This document shows positions 53,306 through 63,693 of a DNA stretch of 64,000 nucleotides, in pieces. The stretch covers positions 21,045 to 85,044 of the forward strand of contig WJMF01000055.1 of the NCBI GenBank assembly GCA_014728085.1. The letters are read 5' to 3'. The first letter of the stretch is position 1. Every line of letters begins with the position of its first letter. Position numbers and translations under genes: made by a program. The notes under the pieces are model-generated. The model searched no databases. It was not told the DNA's origin and was given only the letters and a program-made list of their open reading frames with translations. The stretch is from Candidatus Zhuqueibacterota bacterium (GTDB taxonomy: Bacteria > Zhuqueibacterota > Zhuqueibacteria > Residuimicrobiales > Oceaniaggregativiventaceae).

Positions 53306-56029
53306 CTACTGCAACATTTCAAGATTTTGCTGTAATTTTTTAAGATTCTCTTCAAAATCGGTTTTTTTCATCTTCTCCTTCTCCACCACAGATTGGGGTG
53401 CACGCGAGAGAAAATTTTCATTGCCTAGTTTTTTAGATAATCCCTGCAGCTGGCTCGATAATCTGGAGATCTCTTTTTCCAGTCTTGATTTCTCTTTCTG
53501 AACGTCTACCAGGCCGGCCAGAGGAACGTAAAGTTCTATCCCCTGCACAACAGCAGTAACGCATTGCTGCGGTTTTTCATTTTGGTATTCAATTTGGTGC
53601 AAACGCGCCAATCTTTTCAGGTAAGCTGTATTAGCTTTTAAAATAGAACTCTTATTCTCATTAGTGCAATTAATGATGAGAGACGCCTCTTTATTTGGAG
53701 GGATGCCCATTTCGCTGCGGATATTTCTTACAGCGCTGATCACCTGTTGAATAAGCTGCATCTCCCGTTCAACTTTTGTATCGACAAGCGCTTCCCGGCT
53801 TGACGGATAGGGTTGCAGCATCACCGAATCCGCAGAGGACTGCGGAGAGGTCGGCAGATTTTGCCAAATCTCTTCGGTAATAAAAGGGGTTATCGGATGA
53901 AGCAGGCGGACGATCGCATCCAGCATGTGAACCAGAAAACTCTGGGCAATATGTTTCTGGTGCTCGGTGTTGGCCTCATACAGTCGTATTTTGGCCAGTT
54001 CAATATACCAGTCACAAAATTCCGACCAGGTAAAATCATACAATGCATGCAACGCGTCGTTGAAACGAAATTGGTTCAAATAGGTTTCCATCTCTGCAAT
54101 GGTGCTGTGAAGCCGGCTGGTTATCCATCGATCCGCCACTTCAAGCTCATCGCTGTTGATTTCATCCAGCTGCAGCTGAGTATGATCGGCATCTAGATTC
54201 ATCAACACAAACCGCGCAGCATTCCATAACTTGTTGCAAAACTTTTGTCCCATTTCGACCAACGTATGATCAAAACGGATGTCGCCGCCCAACGGGGTCA
54301 AATAGGCCATGGTCAACCGCACGGCATCGGCGCCATAGGCCGGTACGCCCTCTTTATAGCTTGGATTCTCTTCTGCAAACTCGCCGACCGCTGCTTTATC
54401 CGCTCCTTCGATGAGCCAGAGAGGGTCCGGAGAATTTCCAAGGCTTTTGGACATTTTTCGGTTGTCTTTATCGCGAATCATGCCGTTAAAATAGACGTCT
54501 TTAAACGGCAGGTCACCCATAAATTCATAGGAAGCCATTATCATTCTGGCGACCCAGAAGAAAATGATATCCGGACCGGTAACCAGAGTGTCGGTGGGAA
54601 AGAAAACACTCAACGCTTTGCTTTTCTCCGGCCATCCCAGAGTGCTAAAGGGCCATAACCAGGAGGAAAACCACGTATCGAGCACATCTTTGTCCTGTTG
54701 CAGGATTTTCGAACCACAGGTTGAGCATTCCGCCGGATCGGTCCGGGAGATGGTCAGATGCCCATTGTCACAGGTCCAGGCCGGAATACGGTGTCCCCAC
54801 CAAATCTGACGGCTGATGCACCAGTCTCTGATATTTTCCATCCAGTGAAAATAGGTTTCCTCCCAATGCCTGGGATAAAAACGGATTTCTCCCTGCCGGA
54901 CCGCCTGTATAGCCGGCTCTGCCAGCGGTTTCATTTTCACAAACCACTGTTCAGACAACAGGGGTTCAATAATGTCATGGGTTCGGTAACACCTGGGAAC
55001 CGGAATGACAATCGTTTCAACCTTGCGAAGGAGACCGAGCTTTTGCAGATCATCGACGATGCGCTCTCTTGCGTCGAAACGGTTCAATCCCTGATAGGTT
55101 TCGGCGTTCTCATTCATGCTCGCATCCTGATCAATGACGGAGATCGCTTCGAGGTCATGACGGATGCCGACCTCAAAATCATTGAAATCATGGGCCGGGG
55201 TAATTTTTACCGCACCGCTGCCTTTTTCGGGATCAGCATGTTCGTCGGCAATGATGGGGATTTCCCGATTCATCAACGGTAATATCACCATTTTACCGAC
55301 CAGGGATTTGTAGCGGGGATCTTCCGGATGAACCGCAACGGCGGTATCGCCGAGCATCGTTTCCGGACGGGTTGTGGCAACAACCACCTCTCCCTTGCCC
55401 TCTTTGAGGGGATAGGCGATGCTATAGAACTTGCCGGGTTCATCGGCATAATTGACTTCTTCTTCCGAGAGAGCGGTGTTTGCCTTTGGAGACCAGTTGA
55501 TCAATCGCCTGCCTTTATAAATGAGGCCTTTTTCATAGAGTCTGACAAAGGTTTCCCGCACCGCCTGGCTTCGCGTTTCATCCATGGTAAAGCACTCGCG
55601 TTGCCAGTCACATGCCGCCCCCAATTTACGCAATTGTTGCAGGATAATGCCGCCGTATCTCTCTTTCCATTCCCAGACCCGCTGCAGGAATTTTTCACGT
55701 CCCAAATCATATTTGCTCTTGTTTTCGCGGAAAAGGGCCGCTTCTACCTTGCTTTGCGTGGCGATACCGGCATGATCCGTCCCCGGCATCCACAGGGTTT
55801 CGAATCCCTTCATCTTTTTCCAGCGGATCAAAAAATCCTGAATCGTATTGTTGAGGATATGCCCCATTGTCAGCATACCGGTCACATTTGGTGGCGGTAT
55901 AACAATGGTGTAGGTATTCTTGTCCGTATCGGCATCAGCATGAAAAAGATTCAGTTCTTCCCAAAAGGCATACCATTTTTCCTCAACCTTGAGCGGATTA
56001 TAGGTTTTTTCCAATTCTCTGTTACGCAT
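53306..56029 (-). CDS. valS: Valine--tRNA ligase
   Basis: PPPNVTGMLTMGH is the HIGH-like motif. KMSKSLGN is present. There is a C-terminal coiled coil. Length is 907 aa. Confidence 0.95.
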   Translation of the reverse strand: MRNRELEKTYNPLKVEEKWYAFWEELNLFHADADTDKNTYTIVIPPPNVTGMLTMGHILNNTIQDFLIRWKKMKGFETLWMPGTDHAGIATQSKVEAALFRENKSKYDLGREKFLQRVWEWKERYGGIILQQLRKLGAACDWQRECFTMDETRSQAVRETFVRLYEKGLIYKGRRLINWSPKANTALSEEEVNYADEPGKFYSIAYPLKEGKGEVVVATTRPETMLGDTAVAVHPEDPRYKSLVGKMVILPLMNREIPIIADEHADPEKGSGAVKITPAHDFNDFEVGIRHDLEAISVIDQDASMNENAETYQGLNRFDARERIVDDLQKLGLLRKVETIVIPVPRCYRTHDIIEPLLSEQWFVKMKPLAEPAIQAVRQGEIRFYPRHWEETYFHWMENIRDWCISRQIWWGHRIPAWTCDNGHLTISRTDPAECSTCGSKILQQDKDVLDTWFSSWLWPFSTLGWPEKSKALSVFFPTDTLVTGPDIIFFWVARMIMASYEFMGDLPFKDVYFNGMIRDKDNRKMSKSLGNSPDPLWLIEGADKAAVGEFAEENPSYKEGVPAYGADAVRLTMAYLTPLGGDIRFDHTLVEMGQKFCNKLWNAARFVLMNLDADHTQLQLDEINSDELEVADRWITSRLHSTIAEMETYLNQFRFNDALHALYDFTWSEFCDWYIELAKIRLYEANTEHQKHIAQSFLVHMLDAIVRLLHPITPFITEEIWQNLPTSPQSSADSVMLQPYPSSREALVDTKVEREMQLIQQVISAVRNIRSEMGIPPNKEASLIINCTNENKSSILKANTAYLKRLARLHQIEYQNEKPQQCVTAVVQGIELYVPLAGLVDVQKEKSRLEKEISRLSSQLQGLSKKLGNENFLSRAPQSVVEKEKMKKTDFEENLKKLQQNLEMLQ

Positions 56030-56598
56030 TAAAATCCTCGATTAGCAATGTCCGCAGAATATCTCATTTATATCCAGCCCGCCACAAGGCAGGCGCATCG
56101 TATTTAGTATATATAATCGCGTCTGTCCAAAACAAGTGTATAGGTGATTTTTTTGTTTGGCAATACTCGCTTTTTGCTCTGTTTCAAACAACCTGTCAAA
56201 ACAGTTCCTCTTTTCAAATGGTTTTATAAAAAACGCAGAGATTGCAGTGACTGAACATTTTTTCAATAAACTCAAATATAACAATACGGTGATAAAGAGT
56301 CAATACAATTGTCCCGGTATAAACAGACGATGCCGGAGCGGCTGTGCCGGCAGGGCATGATTCATTATAGTTATGCTGTTACAAAGACGAGTGGATCATC
56401 GATTACCGCATCTTGTTATTCATTACTCTTTTAATTTTAGGATGACATACATTCTCTTGAAAAATGATCCAGGGGAGAATTTGATTTGATCCCGGGGTCC
56501 CTGTCGCTTAAACGTTTTTCGGGTTACCTCTGCATAAAGCAACGACCTGCAAACCAGGTAACTGTTGTTTTTATCGGGATTTCTTCGTAAAGTGGGGT

Positions 56599-57066
56599 AT
56601 GAAAATTGAAATACTAACCGTGGGCAAGCCGCAAAACGACAATATGAAAAATCTGTCTCAGGATTACCTGAAACGGATTTCCCGGTATCTGCCGGTCGAG
56701 TTGATTTGGGTCAAGGGAGAGAAAATCGCGTCTTTACCGGCGCAGGAAATCATGCAAAGGGAGGCAGTGCGGCTGCAGCAAAGAATAGATGCCGACGGTT
56801 ATACCGTTGTCCTCGACAGAAGCGGAAAGATGGTATCCTCTACCGCTTTTGCCGGTTTTATACAGAAAAGACAGCTTGAAAGCACCAAAAAACTGACCAT
56901 TATCATAGGGGGTCCACTGGGTTTGCCCGACAATTTTCGAAAAGCCGCTTCAATAACGATCTCTTTGTCGAAAATGACTTTTGCGCACGAATTGACCCTG
57001 GTCATTGTACTGGAACAAATCTACCGTGCGATGAGCATCCAGCATGGCAGTAAATACCACAAATAA
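56599..57066 (+). CDS. rlmH: 23S rRNA (pseudouridine1915-N3)-methyltransferase RlmH
   Basis: The product is a 155-aa SPOUT fold (MKIEILTVGK...TIIIGGPLGL). Confidence 0.9.
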   Translation: MKIEILTVGKPQNDNMKNLSQDYLKRISRYLPVELIWVKGEKIASLPAQEIMQREAVRLQQRIDADGYTVVLDRSGKMVSSTAFAGFIQKRQLESTKKLTIIIGGPLGLPDNFRKAASITISLSKMTFAHELTLVIVLEQIYRAMSIQHGSKYHK

Positions 57067-57138
57067 AAGCCCTTCAAAGATGCCTCAATTTTCCCTGAAA
57101 CTCGCCCAAAGGAATAATAAAGGTTATACCGTACCCAC

Positions 57139-57176
57139 AAAATAAAAACCGTCATTAACAAAGCCAATGACGGTTT
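57139..57176 (-). terminator. Rho-independent terminator downstream of khpA
   Basis: On the minus strand, AACCGTCATT-N9-AATGACGGTT forms a 10-bp stem. It is followed by TTTTATTTTGT. Confidence 0.5.
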
Positions 57177-57195
57177 CACCTGCTGAGAAAAAATA

Positions 57196-57426
57196 TTATT
57201 CCAAGATTTCGAGGGTGGCATGTTTACCGGCTTTGCGGGCTACAGCACTCAGCAAAACACGGATTGCATGCGCGGTGCGACCATTTTTTCCGATGACCTT
57301 ACCCATATCGGGTTGAGCAACTTTGAGTTCGTAGACGACTGTCGTTTCGCCAAAGACTTCAGAAACCTTAACATCTTCGGGATTGTCGACCAGATGTTTT
57401 ACGATGTATTCGACGAATTCTTTCAT
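57196..57426 (-). CDS. khpA: KH-domain RNA-binding protein KhpA (UPF0109/YlqC)
   Basis: The KH motif [15 protein letters not shown] is present. I chose the internal start MKEFVEYIV at 57426, which has a GGAAGGGG RBS. Confidence 0.7.
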   Translation of the reverse strand: MKEFVEYIVKHLVDNPEDVKVSEVFGETTVVYELKVAQPDMGKVIGKNGRTAHAIRVLLSAVARKAGKHATLEILE

Positions 57427-57682
57427 ACTGGTACCCCTTCCATCACGCGTTACGTACCCTCTTATCCTGCTAAATATGCCGGATAAATTGTTTAAACTAT
57501 GAGCTTCCGAACCTATAATCAATATATTTACAACCTTAGTCAATGTCAAGAGAAAAATAAAAAAATCCGGTTAATGCATCTATATAATTTCAATACAGTT
57601 ATATGGCTTTGAAAAAAGAACCGGCTGGATTTTGGAATTTTCTGCTTGACTTTTTTGTTAAAAGTTATAAATTATATAATCG

Positions 57683-57709
57683 TTAGCACTCGATAATAGC
57701 GAGTGCTAA
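57683..57709 (+). promoter_or_regulatory. CIRCE element (HrcA operator) upstream of groES
   Basis: TTAGCACTC-N9-GAGTGCTAA is a perfect match to the CIRCE consensus. It lies about 45 bp upstream of groES. Confidence 0.9.
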
Positions 57710-57753
57710 CAAAGTGACAATTTAACTATTTTCCATAAATAAGGAGGTAACAA

Positions 57754-58038
57754 ATGAAAGTAAAACCGTTGGCTGACCGCGTCGTTGTCAAGTCCCATGA
57801 AGCGGAAGAAACCACTCAGGGTTCAATTATTATTCCCGATACCGCAAAAGAAAAACCGCAAAAAGGTGAAATCGTTGCTGCAGGCCCGGGTAAAGTAAGC
57901 GAAAGCGGCAACAAAATTGATATGGAAGTCAAAGTTGGTGACGTTGTTCTCTATGGCAAGTATTCCGGCACAGAGGTCACCATCGATAATGAAGATTATC
58001 TCATTATGCGCGAAAGCGATATTCTCGCAGTTATCTAA
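57754..58038 (+). CDS. groES: Co-chaperonin GroES
   Basis: The 94-aa product carries the mobile loop and the IVAAGPGKV region. Confidence 0.95.
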   Translation: MKVKPLADRVVVKSHEAEETTQGSIIIPDTAKEKPQKGEIVAAGPGKVSESGNKIDMEVKVGDVVLYGKYSGTEVTIDNEDYLIMRESDILAVI

Positions 58039-58086
58039 GTCTGTCAATTGTCAAATCATTATTATATAAACGGAGGTTTTTGAATT

Positions 58087-59715
58087 ATGGCAAAGCTTAT
58101 TGAATTTGATGCTGAGGCACGCTCGGCTCTTAAGCACGGTGCCGATCAACTCGCGAACGCCGTTCGCGTTACGCTCGGCCCCAAAGGTCGTAATGTCGTT
58201 ATCGATAAAAAATTCGGTGCTCCCACCGTGACCAAAGACGGTGTTACCGTTGCCAAAGAAATTGAACTGGAAGATGAACTCGAAAATATGGGCGCCCAGA
58301 TGGTCAAAGAAGTTGCGTCCAAAACCAGCGACGTCGCCGGAGACGGTACCACAACCGCTACCGTGCTGGCTCAGGGCATTATCCGCGAAGGTCTGAAAAA
58401 TGTTACCGCCGGTGCAAATCCGACCTTTCTCAAACGCGGAATCGATGCCGGTGTTAAAAAAGTTATTGAAGCGTTACGAAATATGAGCAAACCCATTCCG
58501 GGTAAAAATGAAATCGCCCAGGTTGGCGCGATCTCTTCAAACAATGACGCAGAGATCGGTAACCTCATTGCAGATGCGATGGATAAAGTGGGAAAAGACG
58601 GCGTTATCACCGTTGAAGAAGCCAAAGGTACCGAAACCCACCTCGAAATCGTCGAGGGAATGCAGTTCGATCGCGGCTACCTTTCCCCCTATTTTGTAAC
58701 CAATCCCGAAAACATGGAAGCGGATCTCGAAGATCCCATGATTTTAATCTATGACAAAAAGATCAGCGCCATGAAAGACCTGCTGCCGATTCTCGAAAAA
58801 ACCGCACAAATGGGCAAAGGTCTTCTGATCATCTCCGAAGATATCGAAGGCGAAGCACTGGCGACCCTGGTTGTGAATAAAATCCGCGGTACCCTCAAAG
58901 TTTGTGCTGTAAAAGCACCCGGATTCGGCGATCGCCGCAAAGCGATGCTGGAAGATATCGCGATTCTTACCGGCGGCCGTGTGATTTCCGAAGATGCCGG
59001 TTTCAAGCTCGAAAATGCCACCGCATCGGATCTCGGTAGCGCCAAACGCATCACAGTAGACAAAGACAACACCACTATCGTTGAAGGTGCCGGTTCTACT
59101 GCCGACATTCAGGCGCGTATCGCTCAGATCAAAAAACAGATCGAATCTTCGACTTCTGATTATGATAAGGAAAAACTGCAGGAACGCCTGGCTAAACTCG
59201 CCGGTGGCGTTGCGGTTCTCAATGTCGGTGCCGCAACAGAGGTTGAAATGAAAGAGAAAAAAGCACGCGTTGAAGATGCATTACACGCTACCCGTGCTGC
59301 GGTCGAGGAAGGTATCGTTGCCGGTGGCGGCGTCGCTTTCGTCAGAGCGATTCCCGCATTGGACGAGTTGAAACTCAACGGTGATGAAATGATCGGTATC
59401 AGTATACTGAAACGCGTTCTCGAAGAACCGCTTCGTCAAATCGCCGAAAATGCAGGGCAGGAAGGCTCGATCGTCATCCAAAAAGTAAAGGAAGGCAAAG
59501 ACAACTTTGGCTATAACGCTTCCAGCGACACCTATGAAGATCTCTTCAAAGCCGGCGTTATTGATCCTACCAAGGTAAGCCGTATCGCCCTTGAAAACGC
59601 AGCCAGCGTTGCCGGACTGATGCTGATGACCGAAGCCACCGTGGTCGAAAAGAAAGAAGATGAACCCGCACCTCCTGCCATGCCTCCGGGCGGCGGAGCA
59701 CCGGGAATGTATTAA
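58087..59715 (+). CDS. groEL: Chaperonin GroEL
   Basis: The product is 542 aa, with [14 protein letters not shown] near the N-terminus and a GGM-like C-terminus. Confidence 0.95.
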   Translation: MAKLIEFDAEARSALKHGADQLANAVRVTLGPKGRNVVIDKKFGAPTVTKDGVTVAKEIELEDELENMGAQMVKEVASKTSDVAGDGTTTATVLAQGIIREGLKNVTAGANPTFLKRGIDAGVKKVIEALRNMSKPIPGKNEIAQVGAISSNNDAEIGNLIADAMDKVGKDGVITVEEAKGTETHLEIVEGMQFDRGYLSPYFVTNPENMEADLEDPMILIYDKKISAMKDLLPILEKTAQMGKGLLIISEDIEGEALATLVVNKIRGTLKVCAVKAPGFGDRRKAMLEDIAILTGGRVISEDAGFKLENATASDLGSAKRITVDKDNTTIVEGAGSTADIQARIAQIKKQIESSTSDYDKEKLQERLAKLAGGVAVLNVGAATEVEMKEKKARVEDALHATRAAVEEGIVAGGGVAFVRAIPALDELKLNGDEMIGISILKRVLEEPLRQIAENAGQEGSIVIQKVKEGKDNFGYNASSDTYEDLFKAGVIDPTKVSRIALENAASVAGLMLMTEATVVEKKEDEPAPPAMPPGGGAPGMY

Positions 59716-59735
59716 TAATTCCTCTTCATCCAATA

Positions 59736-59770
59736 TAAAAAAAGGGCTGATTTCTTCAGCCCTTTTTTTA
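59736..59770. terminator. Bidirectional rho-independent terminator between groEL (+) and mutM (-)
   Basis: AAAAAAAGGGCTGA-TTTCT-TCAGCCCTTTTTTT is a 7-bp GC-rich stem flanked by an A-tract and a T-tract. Confidence 0.7.
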
Positions 59771-59818
59771 TATACCTGCCTGATAACTCACTGCAACAAC
59801 AGACGGAGAACCCTCTGC

Positions 59819-60640
59819 TCAAGCCTGACAGGACGGACAGAAAAAAGTGCTGCGTCCCGCCAAAACGCATTTCCGAACAGAATGACCGCACAAATAACAG
59901 GGTTGCTCTTGTCGCTGATAGACCATCAGCTGCTGCTGAAAAAATCCCGCTTCTCCCCTGCCATTGCGGAAATCATTCAAAGTCGTCCCTCCGGCCGCTA
60001 TGGCTTGCAGCAATGTCGATTTTATCGCCGCCACCAAAAGATCAACCTCAGACCGCGTCAACGTCCCGGCAGCACGGCAAGGATCGATTTTTGCCGCAAA
60101 GAGGGCCTCGGAAACATATATGTTCCCCAGTCCGACAACAACTGTCGCATCCATCAATACATTTTTAACCGGGCGCATGCTTTTCCCAAGACGATCGCAG
60201 AGATACTCTGCATTAAACTCATCAGATAACGGCTCTACACCCAAATGATCCAACAGAACATTAGAGGTCCTGCCCGGTTGTTGTACCGCAATCAATCCAA
60301 AACGGCGGGGATCGCGAAATCGCATTTCCAGATCGCAGGAAAGTTTAAAGACAACATGGGTGTGCTTTTCCAGAGGATGTCGGGGATCAAACAGACCGAG
60401 CCGTCCGCTCATACCCAGATGTATAATCAAAACAGCACCGCTGTCAAACGTAAAAAGCAGGTATTTTGCGCGTCGTTCCAGTAAACGGACAACAAAATTT
60501 TCAATGTATCGATGCAGCAGTCCGGCAGGGACGGGCCGGCGCAATCTTTTCTCAAAAATATCGATGGCGCTTATTCTGCACCCCTCCACCTGTTGCTGCA
60601 GAGAACGACGAATGGTTTCAATTTCAGGTAATTCCGGCAA
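59819..60640 (-). CDS. mutM: Formamidopyrimidine-DNA glycosylase (Fpg/MutM), TTG start
   Basis: PELPEIE must be N-terminal, because Pro2 is catalytic. TTG at 60640 gives (M)PELPEIETIRR. A zinc finger CYLCG...CPSCQ is present at the C-terminus. Confidence 0.85.
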   Translation of the reverse strand: MPELPEIETIRRSLQQQVEGCRISAIDIFEKRLRRPVPAGLLHRYIENFVVRLLERRAKYLLFTFDSGAVLIIHLGMSGRLGLFDPRHPLEKHTHVVFKLSCDLEMRFRDPRRFGLIAVQQPGRTSNVLLDHLGVEPLSDEFNAEYLCDRLGKSMRPVKNVLMDATVVVGLGNIYVSEALFAAKIDPCRAAGTLTRSEVDLLVAAIKSTLLQAIAAGGTTLNDFRNGRGEAGFFQQQLMVYQRQEQPCYLCGHSVRKCVLAGRSTFFCPSCQA

Positions 60641-60700
60641 AAACTCTCCATAGCATATCAAGATGAATATAAAACAAACAGCACTGCATCCTTAAACGCC

Positions 60701-61822
60701 CTATTCTTTCAGGCGTTCCTGATATCGCATCACGGCAAATCCAAATATCAACACACCAAACACAACCAGGACAAGCCCCTGCTGATAGAGCTGCTGTAAT
60801 CCCGCCCCCTTGATCAAAATCTCCCGAACCACCAAAATAAAGTAACGCATGGGATTCAAATAGGTGATGACCTGTGCCAAGGGCGGCATGTTTTCAATAG
60901 GAAAGATAAAACCGGACATGAGCAGGGCAAACACCATGAAAAACCAGCTCATAAAAAGCGCTTGCTGCTGTGTGTGCGAGGAAGCGGAAATTAAAAGTCC
61001 CAGCCCCAGGGTTGTTAACAGGTAAATGAGGGTAAACAGAGCAAAAATACCCAAATTGCCCACCAGGGGGATATCGTACCAAATTTTTGCAAAGGCCAGT
61101 GCAATGCCGAGCTCGAGAAATCCGAGAACGGCAAAGGGAATGATTTTACCGATGAGCAGCTGATGTTTTTTGATCGGCGTTACCGAAAGCTGTTCCAGCG
61201 TGCCGATCTCTCGTTCTCTGACCAGTCCCATAGCGCTTAGTAGAGTGGTAATCATGGTCAGAAGAAAAGCTGCAATACCGGGTACCATGTAATCGCTGTA
61301 TTCCAGCTCGGGATTATACCAGTAGCGGGTTTCCAAATCGATAAAAACGGGACGAATGGGCAGCCTTTGCAGATGACCGGAAAGTTTTTCCCGGCCAAAG
61401 TCACTTATAATAGCGTTGAGATAACCCAGAGCAATGGTGGCACTATTGGTATCCTGACCATCGAGCAATATCTGAAGAGAGGTTTCCCTGCCGAGTCTGA
61501 TATCCCGGCCAAAGTGGCTGGGAACGATAACCACTACATGGGCTCTGCCGCTATCCAGGTGTTTTTCAAGCCGGGAATAGCGATCGTCATATCCTGCTAT
61601 GATAAAATAGTTGGAATTTTTCACCCTGGAGATGAGCTCGCGGCTGAGCGGAGATTTATCCAAATCACATATGACGGTTTGTAAATTTTTCACTTCAGAA
61701 GAGATGACATACCCCAGAAGAATGAGCTGAATGACCGGCACAACAAAAATGATAGCGATCATCGCTCTGTCGCGGCGAATCTGTAAAAATTCCTTCCTGA
61801 TGATGGTTCTGATCTTTCTCAC
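60701..61822 (-). CDS. ABC-2 type exporter permease (YbhR/YbhS-like)
   Basis: The product has 6 TM helices with a large N-terminal periplasmic loop and the ABC-2 pattern. Confidence 0.8.
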   Translation of the reverse strand: MRKIRTIIRKEFLQIRRDRAMIAIIFVVPVIQLILLGYVISSEVKNLQTVICDLDKSPLSRELISRVKNSNYFIIAGYDDRYSRLEKHLDSGRAHVVVIVPSHFGRDIRLGRETSLQILLDGQDTNSATIALGYLNAIISDFGREKLSGHLQRLPIRPVFIDLETRYWYNPELEYSDYMVPGIAAFLLTMITTLLSAMGLVREREIGTLEQLSVTPIKKHQLLIGKIIPFAVLGFLELGIALAFAKIWYDIPLVGNLGIFALFTLIYLLTTLGLGLLISASSHTQQQALFMSWFFMVFALLMSGFIFPIENMPPLAQVITYLNPMRYFILVVREILIKGAGLQQLYQQGLVLVVFGVLIFGFAVMRYQERLKE

Positions 61823-61825
61823 AAT

Positions 61826-62932
61826 TTATCCTTCGAGCTTGACGTTAAACCGTTTCATGCTGACGATTAAAAACAAGGTGCCGAACAACACCAGAAAAAT
61901 GGTCGGCAAATAAAGCTGGTAAAAGGAGATGCCCTTGAGCATAACCCCCCTGATGATCAACAAATAGTATTTGGCCGGTATGATATGGGTTAAATATCTT
62001 AAAATGGATGGCATCGATGCGATCGGGAACATGAACCCACTCAACAAAACAGAGGGCAACAATGTGGTCAGAACCGACAACATGAGTGCCACCTGTTGCG
62101 TTTTGGCTTTTGTGGATATAAAAACACCGAGACTGAGGGAAGCGTATATATAGGTCACCGACAAGAGGGCCAGGAGCAAGGGACTGCCCCGAAAAGGGAC
62201 GGCAAAAACAAGCTTGCCGAAGACGAGAACCGCCATGGCCACCAGAAATCCGACAATAATATATGGCGTCACCTTACCGATGATAATTTCACGCGGCGAA
62301 ACAGGAGAAACCAAAATCTGTTCCAGGGTTCCGGTTTCTTTTTCGCGAACAATGGTGATCGATGTCAGCATGGCGCATATCATCATCAGCAGCACCGCGA
62401 CGAGGCCGGGAACGATAAATACCGTACTCTCCAGGTTGGGATTGTAGTAGATTCTGGGTGACACGGATACGAGTCCCGCACTTTTGCGAATGAACGACAT
62501 GCGATACTCTGCAATGACGAACTTTGCATAATTGGAAGCAATGATGGCACTGTTGGCGTTGCTGCCATCTACGATAAGCTGGATCTCAGCTTCTTCCGCT
62601 TGCAGCGCTTGTGAATAATTCTCGGGAATCACGAGTGCCAGGTTGATGTCGCGATTTAGAATCGCCCTTTTGATATCGTCGTGGTCTTTACAGACACGTT
62701 CGAGTCTGAAATAACCTGAACGGGTACATTTTTGCAGCAAATTTCTCGATTCGGCAGAGCGGTCATAATCGAGTAAGCCGAGCTTGATGACATCAATTTC
62801 AAAGGTTATCGCATAGCCGAACAGGAAAATCATTGCAAGTGGCATTAAAAATATAATCACCAGACTCTTCGAATCGCGAATGATATGAATAAATTCTTTT
62901 CTCAGTATAGCCAGAATTCTGGATTTCATCAA
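61826..62932 (-). CDS. ABC-2 type exporter permease (second paralog)
   Basis: It has the same architecture as 60701..61822. There is a 3-bp intergenic gap between them. Confidence 0.8.
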   Translation of the reverse strand: MMKSRILAILRKEFIHIIRDSKSLVIIFLMPLAMIFLFGYAITFEIDVIKLGLLDYDRSAESRNLLQKCTRSGYFRLERVCKDHDDIKRAILNRDINLALVIPENYSQALQAEEAEIQLIVDGSNANSAIIASNYAKFVIAEYRMSFIRKSAGLVSVSPRIYYNPNLESTVFIVPGLVAVLLMMICAMLTSITIVREKETGTLEQILVSPVSPREIIIGKVTPYIIVGFLVAMAVLVFGKLVFAVPFRGSPLLLALLSVTYIYASLSLGVFISTKAKTQQVALMLSVLTTLLPSVLLSGFMFPIASMPSILRYLTHIIPAKYYLLIIRGVMLKGISFYQLYLPTIFLVLFGTLFLIVSMKRFNVKLEG

Positions 62933-62964
62933 ACTCCTCTATTTTGTCCGCTCAGGCATTTTGT

Positions 62965-63693
62965 TTAGCGGTCAACCAGATGTATAAAAATGTCTTCAAT
63001 GCTTTGTCGCTGATAATTGGCCTTGAGTTCATGCGGGGATCCCATGGCGATAATCGCTCCCTGATACATAATGGACAAACGATGACAATACTCCGCCTCT
63101 TCCATAAAATGAGTGGTGACAAAAACAGTCGTTCCCGCTTGTGCCAGATCATAAATCATTTCCCAAAACTCCCGGCGTGAAATCGGATCCACACCGGAGG
63201 TAGGTTCATCGAGGAACAAAATCCGGGGTTGATGCAAAAGCGCACAGATCAGGGCCAGTCGTTGTTTCCAGCCAAGGGGAATGTCTTTGGTCAGGCGCGC
63301 AAGATAATCCCCCAATCCATAGACATCGCCGGCCCTGGCAACCGCCCGGCTGGTTGCTTTATTGTCCAGGCCGTAGACGCCGGCAAAGAACTCGATATTT
63401 TCCCTGACGGTTAAATCATTATAAAGGGAGAATTTTTGTGACATATAGCCGATATTTTCCTTGATTTCGGCCGTCTGGGTGTAGACATCAAATCCGGCAA
63501 CAGAGGCACTGCCGGTACTGGGCATCAGCAAACCGCACAGCATACGAATGGTCGTGGTCTTTCCGGCACCATTGGCACCGAGAAAACCAAAAATTTCGCC
63601 CTGTTTAACCTGAAAGCTCACGCCGTCTACGGCGGTAAAACGGCCGAATCGTTTTGTCAAATGGTCTGCATTTACGGATAGTAAAGCCATCAT
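62965..63693 (-). CDS. ABC transporter ATP-binding protein
   Basis: Walker A is GANGAGKTT. A degenerate signature is present. Walker B is ILFLDEPTSGVD. The H-loop is TTHF. Confidence 0.85.
   Translation of the reverse strand: MMALLSVNADHLTKRFGRFTAVDGVSFQVKQGEIFGFLGANGAGKTTTIRMLCGLLMPSTGSASVAGFDVYTQTAEIKENIGYMSQKFSLYNDLTVRENIEFFAGVYGLDNKATSRAVARAGDVYGLGDYLARLTKDIPLGWKQRLALICALLHQPRILFLDEPTSGVDPISRREFWEMIYDLAQAGTTVFVTTHFMEEAEYCHRLSIMYQGAIIAMGSPHELKANYQRQSIEDIFIHLVDR

Noticed and set aside
56030-56598. 570-bp non-coding gap upstream of rlmH, and the 578-bp gap at 23157..23734, examined for tRNA, tmRNA, RNase P or riboswitch
   Set aside because: I could not recognise a cloverleaf-compatible acceptor/T-arm pattern or a conserved ncRNA core motif by eye. 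The gaps are probably just divergent or long promoter regions. Running tRNAscan or Infernal would be decisive.
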